From Syntrophomonadaceae bacterium (GTDB lineage Bacteria > Bacteroidota > Ignavibacteria > Ignavibacteriales > SURF-24): 64,000 nucleotides of DNA. Below are positions 30,011-39,490 of this stretch, piece by piece. The translations under genes and the position numbers were made by a program. Numbering within the stretch: position 1 is the stretch's first letter; each line of letters starts with the position of its first letter. Location: the NCBI GenBank assembly GCA_050259615.1, contig JBLNAZ010000170.1, forward strand, positions 46,902 to 110,901, in the 5' to 3' direction. A model generated the notes under the pieces. The model did not search any database. It was not told the DNA's origin and worked only from the letters and a program-made list of their open reading frames with translations.

Positions 30011-31216
30011 CTAGCTGAGTTGTAACTCCGACTGAATTTTTGCGGAATTAAGGATCTCTTTTCTGATTAGAAATTTCATCCTGAGTGCTGTAATTAAGAA
30101 TCCTGCAAGAGCAAGTATTAATAGATGAATCACTTCGGGCATTACGTCCTGCCAGCCGGCTCCCATCTGAATGATCCTGTTAAAGGCATTAAGATATGGG
30201 GTGCTTGGAAGCAGGCTGCCTATTTGTCTAATGTATACAGGCATAGCCTGAACGGGCCATGGATAGCCCGACATGAGGAACACCGGGTAGGAGGTAAATG
30301 CCACTACCTGAAGAGCAATTATCTTTTTCTTAAAGAATGACGAAATGAGTATTGCCAGGCAGACAACCGCAAAAAGAAAAATTGCAGTAATTACAACTGC
30401 GGCACTTACGTTTCCTTTGAAGCTGATTTTGAATATTGAAAAGTGCAGCGTGTAAAAAAGCATTGCGTAAGAAGCATACAGAAAAAAGTAAAAGGCTCCC
30501 TTGCCTGCAATAGTCCCAAAGATGCTTCTATTAGCTGTTATAAAGAGTTTAATAAGTGAACCCTGTTCTCTTTCTTTAGCCATACTTTCAGACAGTCCGA
30601 TTAAAAGCGTCTGTTGAAGAATAAGAACGAGCAGCCCAGGTATAAGAAAATCCCCATAACTTTCGGCGGGATTAAACATCGGTTTTACCTCGCTTTTAAG
30701 AGGTTCCGAAATTTCCTTTGCCTGCTCAAAACTAAAGCCATGAGCCTGAAAAAATCTTATTCTTACACCAGCGGCAATGGTACCCGTTACTTCATTGATG
30801 GCTTTATTGATATCGTTTGAAACCAGGAAGCGCGAAGTGTTAAGATAAATTTTTATGTCTGCCCCGCGGCCTGCTTTAAAAGAGTTTTCAAAGCCCTGAG
30901 GTATATATATCATGCCCTGTGCTTCCAGCTTATAAATGCGGTCTGTTCCGGAAGAGTAATCGGGCACAACTTCAGAAACCTTTATCAGCTGATGAGAATC
31001 CAGGTTTCTTATCAGTGTTTGCGACATCTGCGATTTATCCATGTCCGCAATTACAACGGGAACTTCTTTTTCAGTCTTATATGTATAAATTGAACTATAG
31101 AAAAATGCGTAGAACAAGGGAGACAACAGTATAATTGTAACCAGGTCCATGTCCTTTATTATAAAGCCCGCTTCTCTTTTCAAAACCGCAAAAAAGCCGC
31201 TCAGTTTTTCTTTCAT
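30011..31216 (-). CDS. ABC-2 family (YhhJ/YbhR-like) permease
   Basis: VPVVIADMDKSQMSQ, FNPAESYGDFLIPG, SGYPWP, LPSTP; six-TM pattern. Confidence 0.9.
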   Translation of the reverse strand: MKEKLSGFFAVLKREAGFIIKDMDLVTIILLSPLFYAFFYSSIYTYKTEKEVPVVIADMDKSQMSQTLIRNLDSHQLIKVSEVVPDYSSGTDRIYKLEAQGMIYIPQGFENSFKAGRGADIKIYLNTSRFLVSNDINKAINEVTGTIAAGVRIRFFQAHGFSFEQAKEISEPLKSEVKPMFNPAESYGDFLIPGLLVLILQQTLLIGLSESMAKEREQGSLIKLFITANRSIFGTIAGKGAFYFFLYASYAMLFYTLHFSIFKISFKGNVSAAVVITAIFLFAVVCLAILISSFFKKKIIALQVVAFTSYPVFLMSGYPWPVQAMPVYIRQIGSLLPSTPYLNAFNRIIQMGAGWQDVMPEVIHLLILALAGFLITALRMKFLIRKEILNSAKIQSELQLS

Positions 31217-32451
31217 ATTACTTCCTCCAATACCGGCTGGTCCTTAATTAAAAAGCGTTTTATCTGAAAGCGAAGTATATAGAAAGAAGCTGCTGAAGAA
31301 ACCAGCAGGAATATGGATAGCCTTATAAATTCAGGTACTGCATATTTAACTGGTGCACCCATCTGGTATATTTTTAAGAATCCGCTTAAGAAATGCGTAT
31401 ATGGTATCAGCTGCGCAAAATAGTTATGAAGGGCGGGCATGCCCCACAAGGGAAAAGTAAAGCCGCTGAAGATGAAGGCCGGCGTATTGATAAACAGGGC
31501 TGCTTCAGTTGCAAAGAGCTGATCATGGAATGAGCATGAAAGCAAGAACCCGAGAAAGAAAGAAACCAGAATAAAATATTCAATAAATGCCAGCGTCAGG
31601 AGCACCGACCCGTTTATCCCGATTGAAAACATCGGGAAAATGATTCCAATTAGTCCCAGAGCCGTTACTGTATGAAGCGCCAGATGGGGAAGAGCCTTGC
31701 CTGCTAATATTGTAAATGTATTATTTCCTGAAAGCTCAATAAGCTCATGAAAAGTATTATCGGCAAATTCAGAGCTTATAACGAGTACAGATGAGATCAT
31801 TATAATCATCTGGAACAATGCCGTAAGGAGTCCGGGAATAAGATAGGAAAGGTAGTTGTAGTTCGGGTTATAGAGCGACTGCGTTTCAATCCTTACGGGG
31901 CTGATGACGTTCAGGGCCTGAACCTCTGAAAGTCCCTTTGACCGTAGTTTCTTCAGCAGTATGCCGCCTGAGACCGTTCTTGCAATTGTAAGCCCGTCTT
32001 TATAAATCATATTTCCAATTATAAGGCTTGAGGTATTCTTGAATATTACCATTGAAGAGCCTTTGCCCTTTTTCAGGTCTCTTTCCATATTCTCCGGGAA
32101 ATAAAAGGCACCCTGTATATGTCCTTTCAGGAATTCCGATTTCAGCTCATTTAGTGAGTATATATGTTCCGTAACCTGCATGGAGCTTGAGGCGTCAATT
32201 GAGCGGGTGAGCATTCTGGAAACAGTGCTGTTATCGGCGTCATAAACAGCTACAGGAAGATCCCTCACAACGCCGTTTTTATAGACGAGTGCCAGTACCA
32301 GAAAAAGAATTACGGGCAGAATCACCGACAAAAGATAATTTGTTTTCTTTCCGGCAATTCTTTTTAACTCTCTTAGAAAGATTTTTATAAAGGGTGAACC
32401 CGCGTTATAATTATTTATTCTCATTTTGCTTCTTTTATAATTCAGGTTCAC
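31213..32451 (-). CDS. ABC-2 family permease
   Basis: DLPVAVYDADNS, YNPNYNYLSYLIPG, FSGFTFP, IPYTH. Confidence 0.9.
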   Translation of the reverse strand: MNLNYKRSKMRINNYNAGSPFIKIFLRELKRIAGKKTNYLLSVILPVILFLVLALVYKNGVVRDLPVAVYDADNSTVSRMLTRSIDASSSMQVTEHIYSLNELKSEFLKGHIQGAFYFPENMERDLKKGKGSSMVIFKNTSSLIIGNMIYKDGLTIARTVSGGILLKKLRSKGLSEVQALNVISPVRIETQSLYNPNYNYLSYLIPGLLTALFQMIIMISSVLVISSEFADNTFHELIELSGNNTFTILAGKALPHLALHTVTALGLIGIIFPMFSIGINGSVLLTLAFIEYFILVSFFLGFLLSCSFHDQLFATEAALFINTPAFIFSGFTFPLWGMPALHNYFAQLIPYTHFLSGFLKIYQMGAPVKYAVPEFIRLSIFLLVSSAASFYILRFQIKRFLIKDQPVLEEVI

Positions 32452-33428
32452 ATAATTATATTTACCGTCATTCCGGGCCTTAAATCCTTAATCGGGGATT
32501 TACTTCTCAGGCGAATCTCGAAAGTCTTCAGGTCAAATTCACCCTTCTGGTTTGTAGGTTTCCACGTGGCAAATTCTGCCATCGGGGAAATATAGGATAC
32601 TGCGAACTGGAATTTCTGGTTTCCAAGTGCGGGCACCTTACCGTAGAAAATCGAACCTTTTTTTATCGGACTCATTTTGTCTTCTCTTACTTGAAGGACC
32701 ACCCAGGTGTCATTGGGGTCCATTACAGTAAAGAGGGGATAGCCGCTTGCAATTATTTCACCCGGATTGGTAATTCTCTTACTCAGTTCGCCGCTAAGCG
32801 GACTGACAAGGTTCAGCTCCTGATGGTAGGCTGAAGCTTCGCTGTAAGTATTTTGTGCCTGATAGTAAAGAGCCTCAGCACCCGAGATTTCCTCCAGCCG
32901 GGCACCTTTTAATACCATATCCAGGCGTGCTTTGGCTGCTTCCATCTGTTCATTTGCGGCCTTAAACTGAAACTCCGCCTGATCCTTTTCCTGTGCCGAA
33001 ATAACCCCGTCACGGAAGAGCGCCTGAATTCTGTTCCAGGTTTTACCGGCAAGGTCATACTGTGCCTTTGCCTGGAAGTAAAGTCTTTCGGCCGCTTGTT
33101 TTTCTTCCGGGCGGGCGCCGTTATGTGCCATCTCAACCTTGCTTCTTGCTGCATCAACCAGTCCGCGCGCCTGCTCAAGTTTTGCATCCATCTCCTTGCT
33201 TTCCAGACGGGCAAGTATCTGTCCTTTATGGACAAAATCTCCTTCGGAAACAAAAACCGTATCGACCCTGCCTGGAATTTTTGAGGCAACATCCACCTGT
33301 GTGGATTCAACAATACCGGTTATGATATATTCTTCTTTATTTAAAGAATTTGCCACCAGAACTGACACCGCAACAACTGCAATTACTGCCGGAATAATTA
33401 GAACCAAACCTGACTTATTAAATTTCAC
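32448..33428 (-). CDS. HlyD-family periplasmic adaptor (probable start GTG 33428)
   Basis: VASKIPGRV-V-EGDFV-KGQ-L lipoyl-like half motif, coiled coil, FATWKPT-FDLKTFE; GTGA overlap with the TolC stop. Confidence 0.9.
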   Translation of the reverse strand: MKFNKSGLVLIIPAVIAVVAVSVLVANSLNKEEYIITGIVESTQVDVASKIPGRVDTVFVSEGDFVHKGQILARLESKEMDAKLEQARGLVDAARSKVEMAHNGARPEEKQAAERLYFQAKAQYDLAGKTWNRIQALFRDGVISAQEKDQAEFQFKAANEQMEAAKARLDMVLKGARLEEISGAEALYYQAQNTYSEASAYHQELNLVSPLSGELSKRITNPGEIIASGYPLFTVMDPNDTWVVLQVREDKMSPIKKGSIFYGKVPALGNQKFQFAVSYISPMAEFATWKPTNQKGEFDLKTFEIRLRSKSPIKDLRPGMTVNIIM

Positions 33429-34900
33429 TTTTTGTTCTCCTTTAACCATACTGATAAAATCTTTTGCGGATCCCCCGCTGCAACGTATAAATCTGTAAGG
33501 GATCTGTAATAATCATAAAGGGACAGGAGGCTTTCAACCCGGTTTTTCTCCAAAGAGAGCTGGGCATCAATTACTTCAAGTGACGTACCCATGCCCGACT
33601 GAAAGCGCTTGTCATTCAAGCGCAGGTTCTCCTGTGCCAGCGTTAGGGATTTCTCAAGTTTCTCATATCGCGTCACAGCATTTTTCATATCTCTGTATGA
33701 TTTATTTACCCACAGGTCTATTTTTCTTTTAGCCTCGGCCTCAGCGTAACTGATTTCTCTTTCCATATGCACGGCATTCTGAAGTTTTGAATAGTCCTTA
33801 AGTCCGTTAAATATGTTAAACTTAAGCTGCAGGCCGACAGCCCAGCGCGGCTCCAGGCTGGAAAGATACTGCGGAAGCATTTCGTACTTTCCGAATGCTG
33901 CAACCGTCGGCAGAAAATTAGCGCGCTCGGCAGTATATTTTTCAGATGCAGCCTCTTTTTTCAGCCCAATAAGTTTAAGCATCGGCTGGTTAACTCTGGC
34001 TGATTCCAGAAAGTACTCCAGTGAACCCGTGGCTTCTTGATAGACCAGGCTGTCGGAAAGAGTTACACTAGTGCTTTCATACAGGCCCATAGTATTCTGA
34101 AGCGAGATTGTGGCCAGTTCAAGTTTGTTTTCATCATCGGCCAGGTTTCTTTCAGCTTCGGCTTCTGCCACCCCGGCACGAAGAAGGTGATAGTTGGCAA
34201 TGAGTCCCTCATTAAAAAGCTTTTCTGCATTTGCCTTATGTTTTCTTATACCTTCAAGTACATTTAAGCGCGTTTTGACTATGCTATTCATAAGTACGAC
34301 GCTTAAATAGTTATTTACAGTTTCCTGAATGATCTCGTTCTGCACTTTCTGAAGTTCAACCAGGGCAGACAATTTTTCCTCAGATGCGAAGTTTTTTGCC
34401 GCAATCAGCTTGCCGCCGGTAAAAAGGGGCTGAACGCCCGTGAGTGTAGCATTCTTAAAATCCTGTTTCTTGAAGGTTTCTTCAAAAGCAGGGAGGGCAG
34501 AGTTAAGCTGTGTAAAATACTGCGTGTACAGGCCGGCCTTCTGCTGGTCTGTCAGTGGCTGCCCCTGTAGCGATTTATAAATATTTGCCATCTCAGTCTG
34601 GTTCTTAGACTGCAGTGTAATTATAACGTCTCTGATTGGAGCCAGATCAATATTCATAGGCTCATTCAGGTGATTATAACTGCTTTCAAAGTTAACCGAC
34701 GGAAGAAAGTTACCCCAGGCTTCCAGGTCCTGAAATTTCTTCCTGGTCAGATTCTCTTCATACTGTTTTATTTTTTCGTTATTCTTAAGCGAAATCTTAA
34801 TTGCTTCATTCAAAGAAAGTGACTGTCCGTCTGTTGAGGCGGGAAGGGCAGTCAACAACACCATAAGAACAAGGAGCACAATTTTTGATCTTTTAACCAT
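33425..34900 (-). CDS. TolC-family outer membrane efflux protein
   Basis: Signal peptide, LSLNEAIKISLKNN, FLPSV, QPLFTGG, RFQSGMGTSLEVIDAQ. Confidence 0.92.
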   Translation of the reverse strand: MVKRSKIVLLVLMVLLTALPASTDGQSLSLNEAIKISLKNNEKIKQYEENLTRKKFQDLEAWGNFLPSVNFESSYNHLNEPMNIDLAPIRDVIITLQSKNQTEMANIYKSLQGQPLTDQQKAGLYTQYFTQLNSALPAFEETFKKQDFKNATLTGVQPLFTGGKLIAAKNFASEEKLSALVELQKVQNEIIQETVNNYLSVVLMNSIVKTRLNVLEGIRKHKANAEKLFNEGLIANYHLLRAGVAEAEAERNLADDENKLELATISLQNTMGLYESTSVTLSDSLVYQEATGSLEYFLESARVNQPMLKLIGLKKEAASEKYTAERANFLPTVAAFGKYEMLPQYLSSLEPRWAVGLQLKFNIFNGLKDYSKLQNAVHMEREISYAEAEAKRKIDLWVNKSYRDMKNAVTRYEKLEKSLTLAQENLRLNDKRFQSGMGTSLEVIDAQLSLEKNRVESLLSLYDYYRSLTDLYVAAGDPQKILSVWLKENKK

Positions 34901-34926
34901 TAATAAAAACCTGTATTATTGTATAA

Positions 34927-34940
34927 TGAATCAGAATTCA
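34927..34940. promoter_or_regulatory. Putative TetR operator upstream of tolC
   Basis: TGAAT-CAGA-ATTCA palindrome; the same form occurs upstream of tetR. Confidence 0.65.
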
Positions 34941-34981
34941 ATAATAAAGCAAAAAAATAGCTGAAGTCTGGTCTTCAGCCT

Positions 34982-35569
34982 TTACTTTAACAATCCCTGT
35001 TTGCTGAAATACTTAATATTATGTCTTATTTTATCCAGAGGGAACTCTTCAGGATTCTGGGCCCACTGGTGCAAAAGATGGCGCAGGCCTCCGAAAACGA
35101 AAGATCTTACTATTTTTACGTCAATATCCGGCGTAAAAGCACCGTTGTTAATTCCTTCCAAAACAATGCATTCACCAAGATCAATAAACTTCTGGTAATA
35201 GGGCGTAAATTCTTTAGGATATTTCTGGAGAAGGTAATGCTGTTCGTTTACAAAAACCACTGCAAGTGACGGATCCTGAATAAACATATCAAAAAGAAGG
35301 TCGAGCATGGCGTCAAACTTCTCAATTGAGTTAACGTCGGTCCTTTTTGACAGGGCGTTCAGCTCATTAAAAAGCCTTTCCCAAAGCTGGTCGAAAATTT
35401 TCTGCAGTATGGTTTCTTTATTTTTATAATAAACATATATACTTCCTGTAGCCACACCGGCAAGCTCAGCAATTTTATGGATCTTGGCATTATGGTACCC
35501 GCTTTCGGCAAATACCTTAATGGCTGCCACTAATATATCGTTTCCCTTATTTCCTTCTTTTAATCTCAT
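34982..35569 (-). CDS. TetR/AcrR family regulator (YsiA/FadR-like)
   Basis: ILVAAIKVFAESGY-IAELAGVATGSIYVYYKNKE HTH. Confidence 0.93.
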   Translation of the reverse strand: MRLKEGNKGNDILVAAIKVFAESGYHNAKIHKIAELAGVATGSIYVYYKNKETILQKIFDQLWERLFNELNALSKRTDVNSIEKFDAMLDLLFDMFIQDPSLAVVFVNEQHYLLQKYPKEFTPYYQKFIDLGECIVLEGINNGAFTPDIDVKIVRSFVFGGLRHLLHQWAQNPEEFPLDKIRHNIKYFSKQGLLK

Positions 35570-35585
35570 CGTGCACCTGCATTAT

Positions 35586-35599
35586 TGAATTGCTATTCA
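35586..35599. promoter_or_regulatory. Putative TetR autoregulatory operator
   Basis: TGAAT-TGCT-ATTCA palindrome 16 bp upstream of the tetR start. Confidence 0.65.
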
Positions 35600-35686
35600 A
35601 AAATAAATCTGATTTTCTGAATTGTCAAGATTAATTTTCAAAAAAATGCGGGAAGATGAAAAATCCTCTTCCCGCGCTGAATTAAA

Positions 35687-36979
35687 TCAAAAATTATGAG
35701 CAAAAGACTTTCCGTTGCCCGCGGTCATCTCCTGGAGGTGTTGTTGTCTTTTCATATCCTGTTCTTCAGAGGTTAGTATTTCAACCTTTACCCAGCCGGG
35801 TTCTCTTTCATCAAACGCCTTGTAAGCTTTAATTATGGAATCAAGAGTTCCAACCTGAGTAATGATCTGTCTGGGGCTGACAACTCCGCCCTGAACCAGT
35901 TCCAGAAGTATTGGGATATATTTACGGTGATTGCAGTTTCCGGCCTTAATAGTCAGGTTCTTATTCATTGCCATTCCGAAGGGAAAAGACTGGAAAGTCT
36001 GGGGATATACGCCTATTATGGACATTGATCCCGCTTTGGCAATAGCCTCGGCCTGCCAGAGAAGTGCCTGCGAAGGCCCGTTGCCAGGAATCCAGTTATT
36101 TCCATGAGGGTTGGTTCTTGGAGCCACCTGGTCTACTTCCTTCCTGAACTGGCTGTCGAGCTTCCTGGATTTTTTCAGTGCAGGTCCCTTCTCAGGCTGC
36201 ATTGCATCTACGCCGACGGCATCAATTGTTCGGTCCACGCCGATGCCGCCTGTCAGTGAGTGTATTACTTCAACGGGATCCTCCTCATCAAAGTTGATGA
36301 TTTCGGCTCCATGGCTGCGTGCCATTTCAAGTCTTGAGGGGATCCTGTCTATTGCCAGCACGCGGCCGGCTCCCAAAAGAAAAGCGCTCATTATTGCAAA
36401 CTGGCCTACGGGGCCGCACCCGAAGACAGCCACGGTATCGCCATGCTTAATTTCTGCCATTTCAGCGCCAAAATATCCGGTAGGGAATATATCCGAAAGC
36501 AGAATTGCGTCGTCATCTGTTACGTCATCAGGAATTTTAACCAGGCCCGCATTTGCAAATGGAATCCGGGCCTTTTCAGCCTGAAGACCATTTAAGGCGC
36601 CGCTCATAACGGGTCCGCCGAAAAAAGCCGTCCCGGCGTTTTTACCCATCGGGTTTGCATTATCGCACTGCGAGAAGTATCCTGCACGGCAGTAAGAGCA
36701 GTAGCCGCATCCGATAGTTGAGGGAATGATTACTCTGTCGCCCGCCTTAAGGTTCCTGACCTCCTTGCCAATCTCTTCAACTATACCAATTCCTTCGTGG
36801 CCTATTATTGTCCCTGATTTCATTCCTGTCAATGTTCCTCTTACAAGGTGCAGGTCTGTTCCGCAGATTGCGCAGGAAGTAATTTTTACAACAGCATCAT
36901 GGGGATCTTTAATTCTGGGTTCTTTTACCTCTTCGAGTCTTATGTCGCCAACTCCGTGAAATACAACCGCTTTCATCAC
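35687..36979 (-). CDS. Zinc-dependent alcohol dehydrogenase (formaldehyde dehydrogenase-like MDR)
   Basis: ICGTDLH, GHEG, CGYCSYC-x7-C structural Zn site, LSDIFPTG, GCGPVG. Confidence 0.92.
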   Translation of the reverse strand: MMKAVVFHGVGDIRLEEVKEPRIKDPHDAVVKITSCAICGTDLHLVRGTLTGMKSGTIIGHEGIGIVEEIGKEVRNLKAGDRVIIPSTIGCGYCSYCRAGYFSQCDNANPMGKNAGTAFFGGPVMSGALNGLQAEKARIPFANAGLVKIPDDVTDDDAILLSDIFPTGYFGAEMAEIKHGDTVAVFGCGPVGQFAIMSAFLLGAGRVLAIDRIPSRLEMARSHGAEIINFDEEDPVEVIHSLTGGIGVDRTIDAVGVDAMQPEKGPALKKSRKLDSQFRKEVDQVAPRTNPHGNNWIPGNGPSQALLWQAEAIAKAGSMSIIGVYPQTFQSFPFGMAMNKNLTIKAGNCNHRKYIPILLELVQGGVVSPRQIITQVGTLDSIIKAYKAFDEREPGWVKVEILTSEEQDMKRQQHLQEMTAGNGKSFAHNF

Positions 36980-37586
36980 ACCTCCTTATTTTGTTATAAT
37001 TATAATATTAATATTGAACAAAAATTCAAGGTTATTAGCTTTCAACGCAGGCTTTAGTCTGAGGGGAGAGTATGGGAAAGCATGAACGTGTTTTATTCTA
37101 AGGAAAAAGGAGGCGAAGTTCTTTTAGGCAGCAAACTATTGTTTTCTTAAAAAATATATTTATTAAGTTCTTTAAAGTTTGTATTGTAGATAGAGAACAA
37201 AACTGACCAGGGGGAAAAGCTTAAGGAGTATTAAGAATAAGAAAAAAATGAGATGATTTGTCTTAAAAATTTCCCTGCAAGGTTGCTATTGTTCAAAATA
37301 AATTTTAGTTTTCGACACGGAATCTGATTATACTGATTCCATGACATTTCCGTATTGATTAGCCCATTCTAAACAAAGTAAAGGTTCATTTATGTGCAGG
37401 ATCCTTTATGGCGTTTTCCTGCTGCTCTCAGCTCTTCAAAAAACGAGAAAGCAGCTATTCCCCACAGGAATGGGAGGTTTATTCCTCCAGAAAATTCTTA
37501 TTTGTTCGATGTACTGTCGGGTTGGGAGAAATTGGTCACAATGTCCTTAAATAATTATTTCTAATACTGAATCATAAGAGGTTAAA

Positions 37587-39077
37587 ATGCGAAGAAAGTA
37601 TCCTCTTTCGGCTTACAATTGGACTTCTCTTATCGGATTGACTATAGCTATAATAGCACTGATTATGATAATCTTCCTTTTTGTAATTTCAGCATTCATT
37701 CAGGAGGGAAGTTCATATCTTGGTCTGGTAATTTATATTCTGCTTCCTGCCTTTTTAATTGTAGGATTGATCTTAATTCCTGTCGGCATGTATTCACAGA
37801 TGCGTAAGGACAGAAAGAGTAAAGAAGTTGAAGGTGCCAGAAGATGGCCGCAAATTGATTTAAATAACGATCGCCACAGGAACGGATTTATATTTTTTGC
37901 AATAGGAACGGCAGTATTTCTCTTAGTCTCGGCAATCGGAAGCTATGGCGCATTTAATTTCACAGAATCTGTGGAATTCTGCGGTACAATTTGCCACACG
38001 GTTATGAAACCGGAATATACAGCATACCAGCATTCTCCGCATGCAAGAGTAGCTTGCGTGGAGTGCCACGTTGGAACGGGTGCCAACTGGTACGTGAAGT
38101 CAAAAATGTCGGGCCTTTATCAGGTTTATGCAGTGACAATAGGAAAATATCCAACTCCTATTCCTACTCCTGTAAAGAACCTGAGACCTGCACGTGAAAC
38201 CTGTGAACGCTGCCACTGGCCGTCAAAGTTCTATGCCAGGCAGCTCCGTCTGGAAAGGCACTATTTAGCAGATGATACCAACAGCGAGTGGGACATTAAC
38301 CTTGTATTGAAAACAGGTCCCTCCATCAGTGCTCTTGGACTTCAGGAAGGGATTCACTGGCACATAAATCCTAACACTAAAATTGAATATGCTGCCAAGG
38401 ATGAACAAAGACAGACCATTCCATGGGTAAGGTATACAAATCTTAAGACTGGCCAAACTACCGTTTTCAAAGTTGCAGATGACAATACAGCCCAAAATAC
38501 TGAAACAAGAGTTATGGACTGCATCGACTGTCACAACCGTCCGTCTCACAACTATCTGCCGCCTTCGGTTTTTGTGAACAACGCAATTAATTCCGGGGCG
38601 ATCTCAAAAGACATTCCAGGTATAAAATCTCTGGCCATGGAAATTTTCAGCAAGGATTTTTCAACTACGGATTCCATGATGAACTATATTAAAACCCAGG
38701 TTGTAAATCACTATAATGAAACTAACTACTATGCCTCGAATAAGACGGCTGTTGACAATGCGGTTAGAGGACTTCAGGATCAGTTCAGCCAGAATATTTT
38801 CCCTGAGATGAGGGTTAAATGGAGCGCATATCCGAACAATATCGGACATCTTAATTTTCAGGGTTGTTTCAGGTGCCACGACGGAAACCACAAGAGCAGT
38901 GACGGCAAAGTTATCTCAAAAGACTGTAACCTCTGCCACACAATAGTAGCTCAGGGTTCTCCGCAGAATATTGAAGCTTCCAATGTTAACAGTTCGCTTG
39001 AATTTAAGCATCCTGTAGATGTTGGCTACTCCAGCGAGATGTCTTGTACGGATTGTCACACGGGACTGAATCCATAA
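37587..39077 (+). CDS. Inner-membrane multiheme c-type cytochrome, NapC/NirT family, ImcH-like
   Basis: Three N-terminal TM helices; heme motifs CGTICH (CX3CH), CVECH, CERCH, CIDCH, CFRCH, CNLCH, CTDCH. Confidence 0.88.
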   Translation: MRRKYPLSAYNWTSLIGLTIAIIALIMIIFLFVISAFIQEGSSYLGLVIYILLPAFLIVGLILIPVGMYSQMRKDRKSKEVEGARRWPQIDLNNDRHRNGFIFFAIGTAVFLLVSAIGSYGAFNFTESVEFCGTICHTVMKPEYTAYQHSPHARVACVECHVGTGANWYVKSKMSGLYQVYAVTIGKYPTPIPTPVKNLRPARETCERCHWPSKFYARQLRLERHYLADDTNSEWDINLVLKTGPSISALGLQEGIHWHINPNTKIEYAAKDEQRQTIPWVRYTNLKTGQTTVFKVADDNTAQNTETRVMDCIDCHNRPSHNYLPPSVFVNNAINSGAISKDIPGIKSLAMEIFSKDFSTTDSMMNYIKTQVVNHYNETNYYASNKTAVDNAVRGLQDQFSQNIFPEMRVKWSAYPNNIGHLNFQGCFRCHDGNHKSSDGKVISKDCNLCHTIVAQGSPQNIEASNVNSSLEFKHPVDVGYSSEMSCTDCHTGLNP

Positions 39078-39182
39078 TTGTTAAATTTGTACTCAGGTGA
39101 ACCCTGGCCGGGGTTTACCTGGGGATTAAAATATTTTCTAAATAAAACTTAATAATACTTTTCCCTAAGCAGGAGTGGTTTT

Positions 39183-39413
39183 ATGGATAAGGTGACAAAC
39201 TATACTTTAATCCGGGATTATATAAGCTCTCATACCGGAACATCCGAGGACAATCTGGTTACATCAGGGATGAGTTTTGTTAAGTTGTGTAATGCAGCTA
39301 TTGTCTGTTACAGATTTACCGGTACATTAGGAAATCTGGCTCATGCCTTCGAGCATTTGGTTACACTAATTGAAAAAGAAAAAGAAGAGGAAAAGCTCAG
39401 AAAATCCAGATAA
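39183..39413 (+). CDS. Small hypothetical protein (76 aa)
   Basis: AGGAG SD, fills the gap, followed by a terminator. Confidence 0.6.
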   Translation: MDKVTNYTLIRDYISSHTGTSEDNLVTSGMSFVKLCNAAIVCYRFTGTLGNLAHAFEHLVTLIEKEKEEEKLRKSR

Positions 39414-39431
39414 GAGCTTTATCTGATTTAT

Positions 39432-39470
39432 AAAAAAAGTCCCATACACTTTTGTGTGCGGGACTTTTTT
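39432..39470. terminator. Bidirectional intrinsic terminator
   Basis: AAAAAAAGTCCCATACAC-TTTT-GTGTGCGGGACTTTTTT. Confidence 0.8.
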
Positions 39471-39490
39471 ATTACCGGATAAGTTTTTAA

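Noticed and set aside
36980-37586. GEMM cyclic-dinucleotide riboswitch ahead of the cytochrome
   Set aside because: No GGCAAAC...GAAA...GACGCAAAGC-type core is visible on either strand.
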